DNA of 64,000 bases, from positions 2,885 through 66,884 of the forward strand of contig CACCIO010000003.1 of the NCBI GenBank assembly GCA_902546085.1, written 5' to 3'. Under the pieces are notes generated by a model. That model was not told the DNA's origin. It saw only the letters and a program-made list of their open reading frames with translations, and did not search any database. This DNA is from an uncultured Pelagibacteraceae bacterium (GTDB lineage Bacteria > Pseudomonadota > Alphaproteobacteria > Pelagibacterales > Pelagibacteraceae). A program made the position numbers and the translations under genes. This document shows positions 9,915 to 19,775 of this stretch, in pieces (within the stretch, counting starts at the first letter, position 1; the number at the start of each line of letters is the position of its first letter).

Positions 9915-10366
9915 TTTAGTCCCCAAATATTATCTGTTTTAATCCAACCTTCAAATTCTTCTGATGTTATTTCGCACCAATTTTGTTCACATTTTTCTAT
10001 AATTAATAATCTTCCTTTTTTTATTTGAGCAACTGGTTTAGAAAAAGGTGTAGGTTTTTTAAATAAAACTTTATCTTTCGTGGCTATTACTGAATTACTT
10101 TTTTTTAATTGTGAAATATGTATCCATCCACTGTTATTTTTAAAATCAATTATTCGTCTAAAATTTTCTTTTTTATCAATTTGTTTCAAAGGAAAATTTA
10201 TTTTTTTGTAAACATACTTAATATCAGATTCGAAACTCGGTCCATAACGTACATTTACCTTATTTTTTTTTAGAGAAACGAATATTTCTCCTGCATTACT
10301 TGAGGTAATAAAGAATATTAAAAGAGAGAATATAAAAATATTATTTATTAAATTTTTTATTTTCAC
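9911..10366 (-). CDS. Secreted bacterial SH3-domain protein
   Basis: N-terminal signal-like segment, VNVRYGPS, GWIH and GWI...IWG repeats. Confidence 0.85.
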   Translation of the reverse strand: MKIKNLINNIFIFSLLIFFITSSNAGEIFVSLKKNKVNVRYGPSFESDIKYVYKKINFPLKQIDKKENFRRIIDFKNNSGWIHISQLKKSNSVIATKDKVLFKKPTPFSKPVAQIKKGRLLIIEKCEQNWCEITSEEFEGWIKTDNIWGLN

Positions 10367-11108
10367 TTTTTTTTGTTTTATTTAATTTAACTTTTCTAAA
10401 GCTTAAATTTAATAAATCTATAATAAGAATAAATCCATTTAAATTTTGGCCAACTTTTAATATTTTTTTTAAAACTTCATTAGCTAGCATTGTCCCAATT
10501 GTTCCAGCTACCGGTCCCAATATTCCTTCATATTCACAGTTTAATATTTCATCAGTAATAACTTCCTCTTGATAGAAGTCTCGTAAAGAAGGAGTATTTT
10601 TATCTATAAAATCAAAAGTAAAAATATGACCATCAAATTTACTAATTGCTCCAGTCACAAGATATTTTTTATATTTTAAACTATAATCATTAATTAAAAA
10701 TTTACTTTCAAAATTGTCAGTACCATCAATAATGAAGTCATAATCCTTTATTATTTTTTCAAATTTTACTCTATCCATTTTAAAGTTATAAAGATTTATT
10801 TTTGTTGTTGGATTTATTCTATTTAGTTTTTCTTTGGCAATTATAACTTTTGAGTGATTTAAATCTTTTTCATCATATAAACTTTGTCTATGAATATTTG
10901 ATAAGCTAACGATGTCATGATCAACAATTCCTAGTTTCCCAATGCCAGATCGGGTTAAAAAATCAGCCGCTGGACATCCTAGACCACCCATTCCAATTAT
11001 TAAAACCTTTGCCTCTATAATTTTTTTTTGTCCTAATGGACCTATGTTTTTTAAAATTATTTGCCTCGAAAATTTATCTATTTCTTTTTTGCTTAAATTT
11101 TTCCTCAT
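10341..11108 (-). CDS. HesA/MoeB/ThiF family adenylyltransferase
   Basis: FSRQIIL..IG..GQ, GMGGLG, D.D.V.LSN.HRQ, DGTDNF. Confidence 0.9.
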   Translation of the reverse strand: MRKNLSKKEIDKFSRQIILKNIGPLGQKKIIEAKVLIIGMGGLGCPAADFLTRSGIGKLGIVDHDIVSLSNIHRQSLYDEKDLNHSKVIIAKEKLNRINPTTKINLYNFKMDRVKFEKIIKDYDFIIDGTDNFESKFLINDYSLKYKKYLVTGAISKFDGHIFTFDFIDKNTPSLRDFYQEEVITDEILNCEYEGILGPVAGTIGTMLANEVLKKILKVGQNLNGFILIIDLLNLSFRKVKLNKTKKSENKKFNK

Positions 11109-11542
11109 TTTCCAGTAGAGCCAAAACCACCCTCTCCTCTAATTGTTTCTGGTAGATCATCAGTTTCCTCAAGATCCATTTTTATTACAGGAGTTAAAAT
11201 CATTTGTGCTATTCTATCTTTATTATTTATTAAAAAATCACTTTTTCCATGATTAAAAAGGATTACTTTTATTTCTCCCCTGTAATCACTATCAATAGTT
11301 CCAGGTGTATTTAAAACACTAATATTGTTTTTTGCAGCTAAACCAGATCTTGGTCTTATTTGGATTTCGAAATCACTTGAAAATGCAACAGCAAGCCCTG
11401 TTGGTACTAAGCATGATGAGTTTGATTTAAGATTAATAGGTTCTTTTAATAATGCCATCAAATCCATACCTGATGCACCTTCCGTTTTGTAAGCGGGTAA
11501 TTCAACCGCAGGGTCTAACTTTTTGATAAGAACTTTTGCCAT
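11105..11542 (-). CDS. dut: dUTP pyrophosphatase
   Basis: RPRSGLA, GTIDSDYRGEI, RGEGGFGSTG. Confidence 0.98.
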   Translation of the reverse strand: MAKVLIKKLDPAVELPAYKTEGASGMDLMALLKEPINLKSNSSCLVPTGLAVAFSSDFEIQIRPRSGLAAKNNISVLNTPGTIDSDYRGEIKVILFNHGKSDFLINNKDRIAQMILTPVIKMDLEETDDLPETIRGEGGFGSTGK

Positions 11543-12747
11543 TAATTAAATTGATCAATTATTCTATCAACTATTTCATCAGAAATTTCAGATTTTTTTT
11601 TGTACGAAAGTTTTTCTTTTTTAAAGTCTTTGTTTTTATAATGAATTGTTACTTCATTATAATCAGAATTAAATCCTATATCTTTATTTGATACATCATT
11701 AGAAATTATCCAGTCACAACTTTTCTTATTTAATTTTTCCTTTGCATTTTTATCAATTTCATTGGTTTCTGCTGCAAATCCAATGACGAGTTCAGGTCTC
11801 ATAGAGTTATGGTTAGACACATAATGAAGTATATCTACATTCTTTTCTAAATTTAAGTTTAAGTTCTCTTGTTTTTTAATTTTATTTTCATACTTTTTAT
11901 TAATTTTAAAATCAGCTACCGCAGCAGAAAAAATTGCTACATCAACAGGTAAATTTTCTTGAGTAGCAACTAACATTTCATCTGCTGTTTCAACTTTTAT
12001 AAAATTAATATCTTTAGTTATTTCAAGATTAGTTGGACCTGATATTAATGTTGTATCAAAACCTTTTTTGGATAATGATTTTGCTAATTCATATCCTTGT
12101 TTGCCACTTGATTTATTTGTAATAAAACGAACTGGATCTATGTACTCATTGGTTGGACCTGCTGTAACCAATGCTTTAAATTTTTTATTATTTTTTTGAT
12201 TTAAGAAATATTTATCAACTTCTTCAGCAATTACTGATGGGTCTGACATTTTACCCTCTCCATATTCACCACATGCCATATCACCAACCTCTGGACCTAT
12301 TAGTTTATATCCAAACCCTTTTAATTTTTTTATATTTAATTTAGTAGTTGGATGCTCCCACATTCTTATATTCATTGCTGGTGCTAAAATAATGTCTTTA
12401 TCTGATGCCAAAACAACAGTGGATGCTAAATCATCAGTTGTTCCTTGGGCCAGTTTCGAAATTGTATTTGCCGTTGCAGGTGCAATTACAATTATATCTG
12501 CCCATCTTGAAAGTGAAATATGATCCATTTCAGCCTCATTTTCTGCACTAAATAAATCACTATAAACTTTACCTTGAGAAAGTGATGTAATTGAAAGTGG
12601 AGTTACAAACTCTTTTGCACTTGTTGTAAGAATTGTCTTTATTTCTGCACCATTTTTTTTAAAAAGCCTAATTGTTTCAAGACTTTTATAAGCAGATATC
12701 CCTCCACAGATAATGAATAGTATTTTTTTATTTATCAAATTTTCCAT
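11542..12747 (-). CDS. coaBC: Phosphopantothenoylcysteine decarboxylase/ligase
   Basis: GGISAYKS, APAMN..MW, TAGPT.EYIDPVRFI.N.SSGKQG, GFAAET. Confidence 0.97.
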   Translation of the reverse strand: MENLINKKILFIICGGISAYKSLETIRLFKKNGAEIKTILTTSAKEFVTPLSITSLSQGKVYSDLFSAENEAEMDHISLSRWADIIVIAPATANTISKLAQGTTDDLASTVVLASDKDIILAPAMNIRMWEHPTTKLNIKKLKGFGYKLIGPEVGDMACGEYGEGKMSDPSVIAEEVDKYFLNQKNNKKFKALVTAGPTNEYIDPVRFITNKSSGKQGYELAKSLSKKGFDTTLISGPTNLEITKDINFIKVETADEMLVATQENLPVDVAIFSAAVADFKINKKYENKIKKQENLNLNLEKNVDILHYVSNHNSMRPELVIGFAAETNEIDKNAKEKLNKKSCDWIISNDVSNKDIGFNSDYNEVTIHYKNKDFKKEKLSYKKKSEISDEIVDRIIDQFN

Positions 12748-12755
12748 TTGCAGAA

Positions 12756-14324
12756 TTAAAATACTATAAGGCCAAATATTACAAGAAGTAATAAACCAAT
12801 AATAGATTGATTTCTAAATGCTATCATTTCTGATTTCTTATCATTTAAAGCGGTATATGAATTTGAATTTTGTGGAATTTGACCGCTAGCTAAAAACGTT
12901 AATGCTTGATTTGCTTTATCCATAATCTCAGGAAATTCTGGCAAACGTTTAATAACTTCAGATGTATTTTTTAAAGTTTCATTTAAATTATTAATTGGGT
13001 CTTTTGTTTCTTTAAGCCAATTTTCTAGTACAGGCTTTGAAGTTGTCCAAATATTTGTGTTGGGATTTAATTTTCTTGCCACACCTTCAACAACAACCAT
13101 TGTTTTTTGTAACATTAATAATTGAGGTTGGGTTTGCATATTAAACTTTTCTGTTACATCAAACAATTGTTTGAGTAATTTACCTCCTGAAATATCTTTT
13201 ACTTCTTGACCAAATATAGGCTCGCCAATTGATCTCAAAGCTTGAGCCAGGTCATCAATTGGTACTTCTTTAGGAACTAATCCAGCCACCAAATGAACTT
13301 CAGCTACTTTTTTATAATCTCTTTGAATAAATCCAAATAAAATTTCTGCTAAAAACCTTTTACTTAGTTTATCTAATCTACCCATAATCCCAAAATCTAT
13401 AGGTACAATCTGTCCACTATTATCGACAAAAATATTTCCTTGATGCATATCGGCATGAAAAAAACCATCTCTTACGGCGTGTCTCAAAAAATGCTGAATA
13501 ATATCTTCTGCTATTTTATTAGTGTCTAAATTTCTTTTCTTTAACTCCTCAGCTTCTCTAATTGAAATTCCATCTATCCAATCTAAAGTCATTACATTTT
13601 CACTAGTAAAATTCCAATAAATCTCAGGAACTTTAAACCCAGCATCATTTTTAGTATTTTCTGCATATTCATTTGCTGCAGCAGCTTCGAATCTTAAATC
13701 CATTTCAAGATTGGTTATTTCTTTAAGCAAAAAAACAACTTCAACAAGTTTTAATCTTTTTGTTTTTTTTACGAATGACTCGATAATAAATGCAAACAAC
13801 ATCATCGCATCTATTTCTTCATTGAATATTTTTTTTATATTTGGTCTTAAAATTTTTATTGCTACATCTTTAATAGTTCCATTGTCATTTATTTTTGCTT
13901 TGTGAACTTGTGCAATTGATGCAGCAGCAACTGGTTCACTTAAATCAATTATTGAATTAAACGCATCAACTCCAAGGTCCTCTTTAATAATTTTCTTTGC
14001 TTCATGAATTGAAAAAGGGGGTAATCGATCTTGAAGTTTTTCTAGCTTTAAGGATAATTCTTCTCCAATTATATCAGGTCTAGTAGCAAGAAATTGCCCA
14101 AGTTTGATGAAAGTTGTACCCATGGACTCTAATGACCTAGATAGTCTTTCTCCGTCATCTTCAATTAAATTATTTTGTTCCTTTTTTTCAAATGAAATAG
14201 ATAAAATTTGGAATAATATTGTTACAGCTAAAGGAGGTTTTTTAAATTTTGAAGCAATTTGTAAAATATCAGATTTTGCAATCTTTCTTCCTAATTTAAA
14301 TAAATTAATAAGTTTTTTTAACAT
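12756..14324 (-). CDS. ubiB: Ubiquinone biosynthesis kinase-like protein UbiB
   Basis: FIKLGQFLATRPD, AAASIAQVH, GFFHADMHQGN; start placed at the ATG overlapping the ubiE stop (TAATG). Confidence 0.95.
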   Translation of the reverse strand: MLKKLINLFKLGRKIAKSDILQIASKFKKPPLAVTILFQILSISFEKKEQNNLIEDDGERLSRSLESMGTTFIKLGQFLATRPDIIGEELSLKLEKLQDRLPPFSIHEAKKIIKEDLGVDAFNSIIDLSEPVAAASIAQVHKAKINDNGTIKDVAIKILRPNIKKIFNEEIDAMMLFAFIIESFVKKTKRLKLVEVVFLLKEITNLEMDLRFEAAAANEYAENTKNDAGFKVPEIYWNFTSENVMTLDWIDGISIREAEELKKRNLDTNKIAEDIIQHFLRHAVRDGFFHADMHQGNIFVDNSGQIVPIDFGIMGRLDKLSKRFLAEILFGFIQRDYKKVAEVHLVAGLVPKEVPIDDLAQALRSIGEPIFGQEVKDISGGKLLKQLFDVTEKFNMQTQPQLLMLQKTMVVVEGVARKLNPNTNIWTTSKPVLENWLKETKDPINNLNETLKNTSEVIKRLPEFPEIMDKANQALTFLASGQIPQNSNSYTALNDKKSEMIAFRNQSIIGLLLLVIFGLIVF

Positions 14325-15028
14325 TAAATTTTCCAACCACTATGAATTGAAACAATCCCTCCAGAAAGATTTCTATAAGAACATTTTTGAAAATTATTTT
14401 TTTCCATTAACTCTATTAATTCATCTTGATTAATAAATTGTTCAATACTTTTGATTAAATATTCATAAGGTTCTTTTTCTCCAACTACAAACTGACCAAT
14501 TATAGGAATAAGTTTTGAGTAATTTTTATATATAAAATCAAGATTTGAATTTTGAATCTTAGAAAATTCTAAACATAGATAACGTCCACCAGGTTTTAAA
14601 ACTCTATAGGCTTCTGAAAGTGCTTTATTTAAATTCTTTGTATTTCTTAGTCCGAAACTAATAGTGTAATAATCAAATGAGTTGTCCACTATAGGTAATT
14701 TTTCTGCTGAAGAAATAACCCATTTTATATTTTTGTAATTTGATAATTTTTGTTTTCCCTGTCCAATCATACTTTTATTCGGATCTACACAAGTAATTTC
14801 ATTCTCTTTATTTGTGCTATCTAAAAATAACTTTCCAACATCTCCTGTCCCACACGCAACATCAATTAGTTTTCTCTTATCTCTTGGATTCATCATATTA
14901 ATTAAACTTTTTTTCCAATATCTGTGAACACCCATGGACATAAAATCATTCATTAAGTCATATTTATTGAAGACTTGATTAAATACATTTTCTACAAGGC
15001 CTTTTTTATTTTGAAGATTTTGTTGCAT
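14324..15028 (-). CDS. ubiE: Ubiquinone/menaquinone C-methyltransferase
   Basis: YDLMND.MS.G.HR.WK, DVACGTGD, ISFGLRN, CLEFS. Confidence 0.96.
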   Translation of the reverse strand: MQQNLQNKKGLVENVFNQVFNKYDLMNDFMSMGVHRYWKKSLINMMNPRDKRKLIDVACGTGDVGKLFLDSTNKENEITCVDPNKSMIGQGKQKLSNYKNIKWVISSAEKLPIVDNSFDYYTISFGLRNTKNLNKALSEAYRVLKPGGRYLCLEFSKIQNSNLDFIYKNYSKLIPIIGQFVVGEKEPYEYLIKSIEQFINQDELIELMEKNNFQKCSYRNLSGGIVSIHSGWKI

Positions 15029-15057
15029 AAAAAAATATATATTGAATATAGTATTAA

Positions 15058-15921
15058 ATGCCAGAATTACCAGAAGTAGAAATTGTTAGACAATCCCTTC
15101 ATAAAAAGATCAAAAAAAAAAGCATAAAAAAAGTAATAATTAAAAACAGGAATTTAAGGTTTAAAATACCAGGTGATTTTGAAAGTTTTTTAAAAGATAA
15201 AAAAATAATAAAAGTTAGTAGATATTCTAAATATTTAATTATTCATTTTCAGAATCACAAATATTGTTTAATTCATTTAGGAATGTCAGGAACAATCCAT
15301 ATTCTTGATAAGAAAAAGCCTCTAAAATTTACAAACACTAGTTTTTATCATTCACCTTTTTTACCTGAAAAACATAATCATGCAGAGTTTATATTTGATA
15401 ACTTGAAAGTAATTTATAATGATCCAAGACGCTTTGGATTTTTCGAAATAATCAAAAATCATCAAGATTTAGAGAAAAGATTTAAATCAATGGGACCTGA
15501 GCCCTTTAGTGATAAATTTAACTTAAATTATGTATTTAATTATTTTAAGAATAAAAATAAGGATATAAAAAGTTTTTTAATTGACCAAAGATTTGTTTCT
15601 GGAATAGGTAATATTTATGCAAGTGAAATTCTTTTCGCTAGTAAAATAAATCCATTTAAAAAGGCAAAAAGACTTAATAAAAATGAATGTTTAAATGTTA
15701 TTTTAAATTCTAAGAAAATACTTCAACAGGCAATCAACAAGGGTGGTTCAAGTATTAGAGATTTTAAAGATATCTCGGGTAATAAAGGTAACTTTCAAAA
15801 GGAGTTTAAAGTTTATCAGCAAGATGGTACCGATTGTAAGCGTACGAAGTGCAAGGGCATTATAAAAAAAAAAATAACATCAAATAGATCAACCTTTTTT
15901 TGTGTTTCTTGTCAAAAATAG
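15058..15921 (+). CDS. mutM: Formamidopyrimidine-DNA glycosylase
   Basis: MPELPEVE, HLGMSG, DPRRFG, GIGNIYASE, C-terminal zinc finger. Confidence 0.98.
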   Translation: MPELPEVEIVRQSLHKKIKKKSIKKVIIKNRNLRFKIPGDFESFLKDKKIIKVSRYSKYLIIHFQNHKYCLIHLGMSGTIHILDKKKPLKFTNTSFYHSPFLPEKHNHAEFIFDNLKVIYNDPRRFGFFEIIKNHQDLEKRFKSMGPEPFSDKFNLNYVFNYFKNKNKDIKSFLIDQRFVSGIGNIYASEILFASKINPFKKAKRLNKNECLNVILNSKKILQQAINKGGSSIRDFKDISGNKGNFQKEFKVYQQDGTDCKRTKCKGIIKKKITSNRSTFFCVSCQK

Positions 15922-15933
15922 TTAAATATTTAG

Positions 15934-15962
15934 TTGACCACTATAATTTCTCAAGCTATACC
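15934..15962 (+). promoter_or_regulatory. Candidate rpsT promoter (near-leaderless transcript)
   Basis: TTGACC-N17-TATACC followed by GC-rich cctgcgcag and ATG at 15972. Confidence 0.6.
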
Positions 15963-15971
15963 CCTGCGCAG

Positions 15972-16232
15972 ATGGCAAACACAAAATCAGCAATTAAAAG
16001 AATTAGAAGAATTTCTAAACAAACTGAAGTAAATAAAGCTAGAAAAAGCAGGTTTAGAAACGCTCTTAAGAAAATGAATACTCTAATTGATGGTAAAAAG
16101 AAAGATGAAGCTTTAAAATTTTTACCAAAGTTAAACTCTGAGTTGATGAAAATTGCAAAAACAGGAATTATAAAAAAACAAAATGCTTCTAGGAATGTTT
16201 CTAGAATTACAAAAAAAATTGCTGCAATCTAA
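15972..16232 (+). CDS. rpsT: 30S ribosomal protein S20
   Basis: MANTKSAIKRIR...N.A.KSR; true start is the internal Met of ORF 15900..16232. Confidence 0.96.
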   Translation: MANTKSAIKRIRRISKQTEVNKARKSRFRNALKKMNTLIDGKKKDEALKFLPKLNSELMKIAKTGIIKKQNASRNVSRITKKIAAI

Positions 16233-16334
16233 ACGTTAGCTTAAATTTTTTAACAACTCCTGATATCTACATTATATATTCAGGTTTTTACTTAAGTTAC
16301 TATATTTAGATTTAGTAAATATTTGGATTATAGT

Positions 16335-16410
16335 CATTCAATCTATATTTGATTTAATTTAAATTTAATAACTTTGTAGATTCAATTTATATTTGATTCA
16401 ATTTATAATT
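16335..16410. repeat. Four imperfect 16-bp AT-rich repeats in the rpsT-dnaA spacer
   Basis: cattcaatctatattt (16335), gatttaatttaaattt (16351), gattcaatttatattt (16379), gattcaatttataatt (16395). Confidence 0.65.
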
Positions 16411-16544
16411 TTAAATTTATTTATAATTTATTATCAATTCAAAAAAAATAAATCACAATCATAGATTTTATTTTTTTTTAATTTTCCTTATTAACTTGTT
16501 GCAAATTTTTTTAAATAGTTCTAACTGGGATTCTTCCATAAGTT

Positions 16545-17963
16545 ATGAGCAAATACACAAATAAAAAAAATATTAACAATTTTTCATCTGAAAGTTTCGA
16601 ATGGAAGCAAGTGCAAAATGAAATGAAAAATAAACTAGGCTTAGAAATTTACGAGAGCTGGTTAAAAAAGATTTCTTTCTTAGAGGAATTTAATAACTAT
16701 TTGTTATTATCAGTTCCAACAAGGTTTATAAGAGACTGGATTACATCAAGATATTTAGACCAAATATTAAAAATTATTAAATCATATAAAAAAAACATTA
16801 TTAGAATTGAGTTTAAAATAGTTGAAAAAGTTCAAGATATCAGCGTAAAAGATAGTAATGTTAATGAGAATAATAAAAATGAAAACGTATCATTTATAAA
16901 AGACTCTTACCTACAGTATAATCGAATTGATCCAAACAAAAGATTTGATAATTTTATAACTGGTTCAAGTAATAAGTTAGCTTACGAAGCATCATTAAAA
17001 GTTTCTGAAAACATTTCTCACTATAATCCGCTTTATATTTATGGTGGTGTTGGAATGGGAAAAACTCACTTATTAAATTCAATTGGTTTAGAGCTTAAAA
17101 AAAATAATAAAGTAATGTTTATTTCTGCTGAACGTTTTATGTATCAGTTTGTAAAATCAATTAAATCAAACGATATGGTTAAATTTAAAGAATATTTTAG
17201 AAATACAGATATTTTATTAATCGACGATATCCAGTTTATTAGTGGTAAAGAAGCTATGCAGGAGGAGTTCTTTCATACATTTAATGCATTACTTGATAAA
17301 GGATCTCAAATAATAGTATCAGCTGATCGATCACCAAATAAATTATCAAGGATTCAAGAAAGAATTAAATCAAGATTTTCTGGTGGATTAGTTGTTGATA
17401 TTCAAAAGCCAGAACTTGGGCTAAGAAAAAAAATAGTTGAAAAAAAAACTGAAGAATTGAATGCTTTGTACTCCGAACAATTACAAGTTTCTAGAGAAAT
17501 TCAAGATTTTATAAGTAATGAAATAACTGGAAGTGTAAGAGAACTAGTTGGTGCAATAAACAGAGTTGTTTCGTTTTCAAGAATTTATAACAAAGTTCCA
17601 AATCTTGCAGAAACAAAAGTAGTTTTAAAAGATTTATTAAATTTAGCAGAAAATAAGGTTACAATTGATTTAATTCAGACAATTGTTTGTAAGTTTTTCA
17701 AAATCAGCAAAAACGAAATGTTATCATCAAGAAGATCAAGATATTTAGTAAGACCAAGACAAACAGCAATTTATTTAACTAAAATTTTGACTTCCAAATC
17801 ATTGCCTGAAATTGGAAGAGAATTTTCTAACAGAGATCATACAACAATAATTCATTCAGTAAAAACTATTGAAAAGATAAAAGAAAAAGATCCTGAGATG
17901 GTTGATAATATAAATAAATTAAAAAATCAGATTTTATATAATAATAAAGAAAATGAAATTTAA
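16545..17963 (+). CDS. dnaA: Chromosomal replication initiator DnaA
   Basis: NPLYIYGGVGMGKTHL, LLIDDIQF, QEEFFHTFN, RDHTTIIH. Confidence 0.99.
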   Translation: MSKYTNKKNINNFSSESFEWKQVQNEMKNKLGLEIYESWLKKISFLEEFNNYLLLSVPTRFIRDWITSRYLDQILKIIKSYKKNIIRIEFKIVEKVQDISVKDSNVNENNKNENVSFIKDSYLQYNRIDPNKRFDNFITGSSNKLAYEASLKVSENISHYNPLYIYGGVGMGKTHLLNSIGLELKKNNKVMFISAERFMYQFVKSIKSNDMVKFKEYFRNTDILLIDDIQFISGKEAMQEEFFHTFNALLDKGSQIIVSADRSPNKLSRIQERIKSRFSGGLVVDIQKPELGLRKKIVEKKTEELNALYSEQLQVSREIQDFISNEITGSVRELVGAINRVVSFSRIYNKVPNLAETKVVLKDLLNLAENKVTIDLIQTIVCKFFKISKNEMLSSRRSRYLVRPRQTAIYLTKILTSKSLPEIGREFSNRDHTTIIHSVKTIEKIKEKDPEMVDNINKLKNQILYNNKENEI

Positions 17964-19065
17964 CGTAAATCAACAAGAACTTCAGCAGGCTTTAAATTAT
18001 TGCCAAGGAGTCATCGAAAAAAGAAGCACATTACCAATACTTTCAAATATTTTGTTAGATGCAAGCAATTCAAAACTTACTATCACCGCGACAGATCTAG
18101 ATTTAATATTTATACATCAATTAAATAATGTAGAAATTCTGGAGGAGGGCAAAACAACCACAACTTCCTCAATCATGTATGACATTATAAGAAAATTTAA
18201 CTCTGGAAAAAAAATAAATCTTTCTCTAACAGATATAAGCAAATTACAAGTAGAATCTGAAAAATCTATTTTTAATTTGAATTGTATAAGTGCAACAGAG
18301 TTTCCACTGACAGATGAAAATTTTAATCAAAATGAATTTATAATTAAATCAAAACAATTATTGAAATTATTAAACAAGTGTAAATTTTCAGTTTCTAATG
18401 ATGAAACAAGGCATTACCTAAGTGGAATTTATTTCCATCAAACAGAAGTTGAAGATAAAAATTATTTAACTGCAGTTGCAACTGATAGTCATAGAATGTC
18501 TATATCAAAAATTAGATTAGAAAAAAAAATTGATTTTGATCCAATAATTTTACCTAAAAAAACAATTTTTCAACTTTGTTCTTTGTTAGATAGCTATGAT
18601 GGAGATGTAAAAGTTTCAAATGTCAAATCAAAAATAAAGTTTGAATTAAATAATAGTATTTTAATTTCAAAACTTATTGATGGAAAATTCCCTAATTACA
18701 TTCAAGTCATACCTAAAAATAATCAAAAAAAATTAGAAATAGAATTGAAATTATTTTTAAATTCTGTTGATAGAGTAGCTTCTGTTTCATTAGATAAAAA
18801 AGATGGCGTGAAATTCAATTTATCTAAAGACACTCTAGATCTTTCGGTAAATAATACTAACAGTGGTGATGGTAAAGAAACTTTAAGTGTTAAGTTTGAT
18901 CATGACTTAGAGATAAGTTTTAACTCTAGATATTTGATTGATGTTGCTTCACAATTAGACGGAGAAAGAGTAGAAATTTTACTTAATGATACTGGTTCAC
19001 CAGCACTAATAAAAGATCCAGGTGATTTTGATAGCATTTTTGTTGTAATGCCTATGAAAGGCTAA
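17953..19065 (+). CDS. dnaN: DNA polymerase III beta clamp
   Basis: TLPILSNIL, ATDLD, ATDSHR, LIDGKFPNY, VVMPM. Confidence 0.98.
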   Translation: MKFNVNQQELQQALNYCQGVIEKRSTLPILSNILLDASNSKLTITATDLDLIFIHQLNNVEILEEGKTTTTSSIMYDIIRKFNSGKKINLSLTDISKLQVESEKSIFNLNCISATEFPLTDENFNQNEFIIKSKQLLKLLNKCKFSVSNDETRHYLSGIYFHQTEVEDKNYLTAVATDSHRMSISKIRLEKKIDFDPIILPKKTIFQLCSLLDSYDGDVKVSNVKSKIKFELNNSILISKLIDGKFPNYIQVIPKNNQKKLEIELKLFLNSVDRVASVSLDKKDGVKFNLSKDTLDLSVNNTNSGDGKETLSVKFDHDLEISFNSRYLIDVASQLDGERVEILLNDTGSPALIKDPGDFDSIFVVMPMKG

Positions 19066-19763
19066 TTAATTAAGTCTAACTCTGAATAAATATTTTTTTC
19101 AAGAATTTGAATAAAATTTTCTTTTGTCAACCCTGAGGAAATTGGTTTTAGAATAGAGATTGTAATCGTTTTATTAGATTTCTTTTCACCTTTTTTTGGC
19201 CACACATATCCAGAATTTATTGCAACTGGCTGACAGGTAACATTCAATTGTTCATAGATTCTCGAAGCACCTTTTTTGAAAGTCGGTCTTTCATCTGGAA
19301 GAACCCTAGTTCCTTGAGGAAAAATAATTAAAGGTCTATCAGAAGTAGCCATCATTTTTGAAATATCATCAAAAAAACCCAAGTTATCTTTTGTAACTTT
19401 ATTTCGTTTAATTGAAATTGATCCTATTTTTTTTAAATACCAACCAAATATTGGAATTAACAATAATTCTTTTTTTAGAATAAATACAGGCGAGTTAAAG
19501 ATTGTTTGTAAATAAAAAGTTTCAAACATTGATTGATGAGATGACGCTATAAAAAATTTTTCATCATTAATAATATTTTCCCTTCCTTTTATTGAAATTT
19601 TCACTGAAAGAACAAACCTTAAACAAAAACTTGCCCAATGGCCCATTAATTTACCCCCAATCAACACAACCCGATTAGGCAAAAAAAATGATGGTAAAAA
19701 AATTATTGAAATAAAAATAATTCCAGTGAAAAACAATATTGAAAATAAATAGTTTCTAATCAT
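19062..19763 (-). CDS. Lysophospholipid (1-acyl-sn-glycerol-3-phosphate) acyltransferase family
   Basis: HQS..ET, LK.EL..IP.FGW, IFPQGTR motifs (PlsC-like). Confidence 0.9.
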   Translation of the reverse strand: MIRNYLFSILFFTGIIFISIIFLPSFFLPNRVVLIGGKLMGHWASFCLRFVLSVKISIKGRENIINDEKFFIASSHQSMFETFYLQTIFNSPVFILKKELLLIPIFGWYLKKIGSISIKRNKVTKDNLGFFDDISKMMATSDRPLIIFPQGTRVLPDERPTFKKGASRIYEQLNVTCQPVAINSGYVWPKKGEKKSNKTITISILKPISSGLTKENFIQILEKNIYSELDLIN

Positions 19764-19775
19764 TGATTTCAAAGC

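Noticed and set aside
15900-15971. N-terminal extension of S20 in the ORF track
   Set aside because: Overlaps the mutM end and promoter; S20 homology starts at ATG 15972
16354-16368. TTAA-N7-TTAA CtrA-like box
   Set aside because: Expected by chance in very AT-rich DNA, and there is no evidence for CtrA in this window
16335-16410. 16-bp repeats as a CRISPR array
   Set aside because: Too short, degenerate and tandem, without unique spacers; no cas genes
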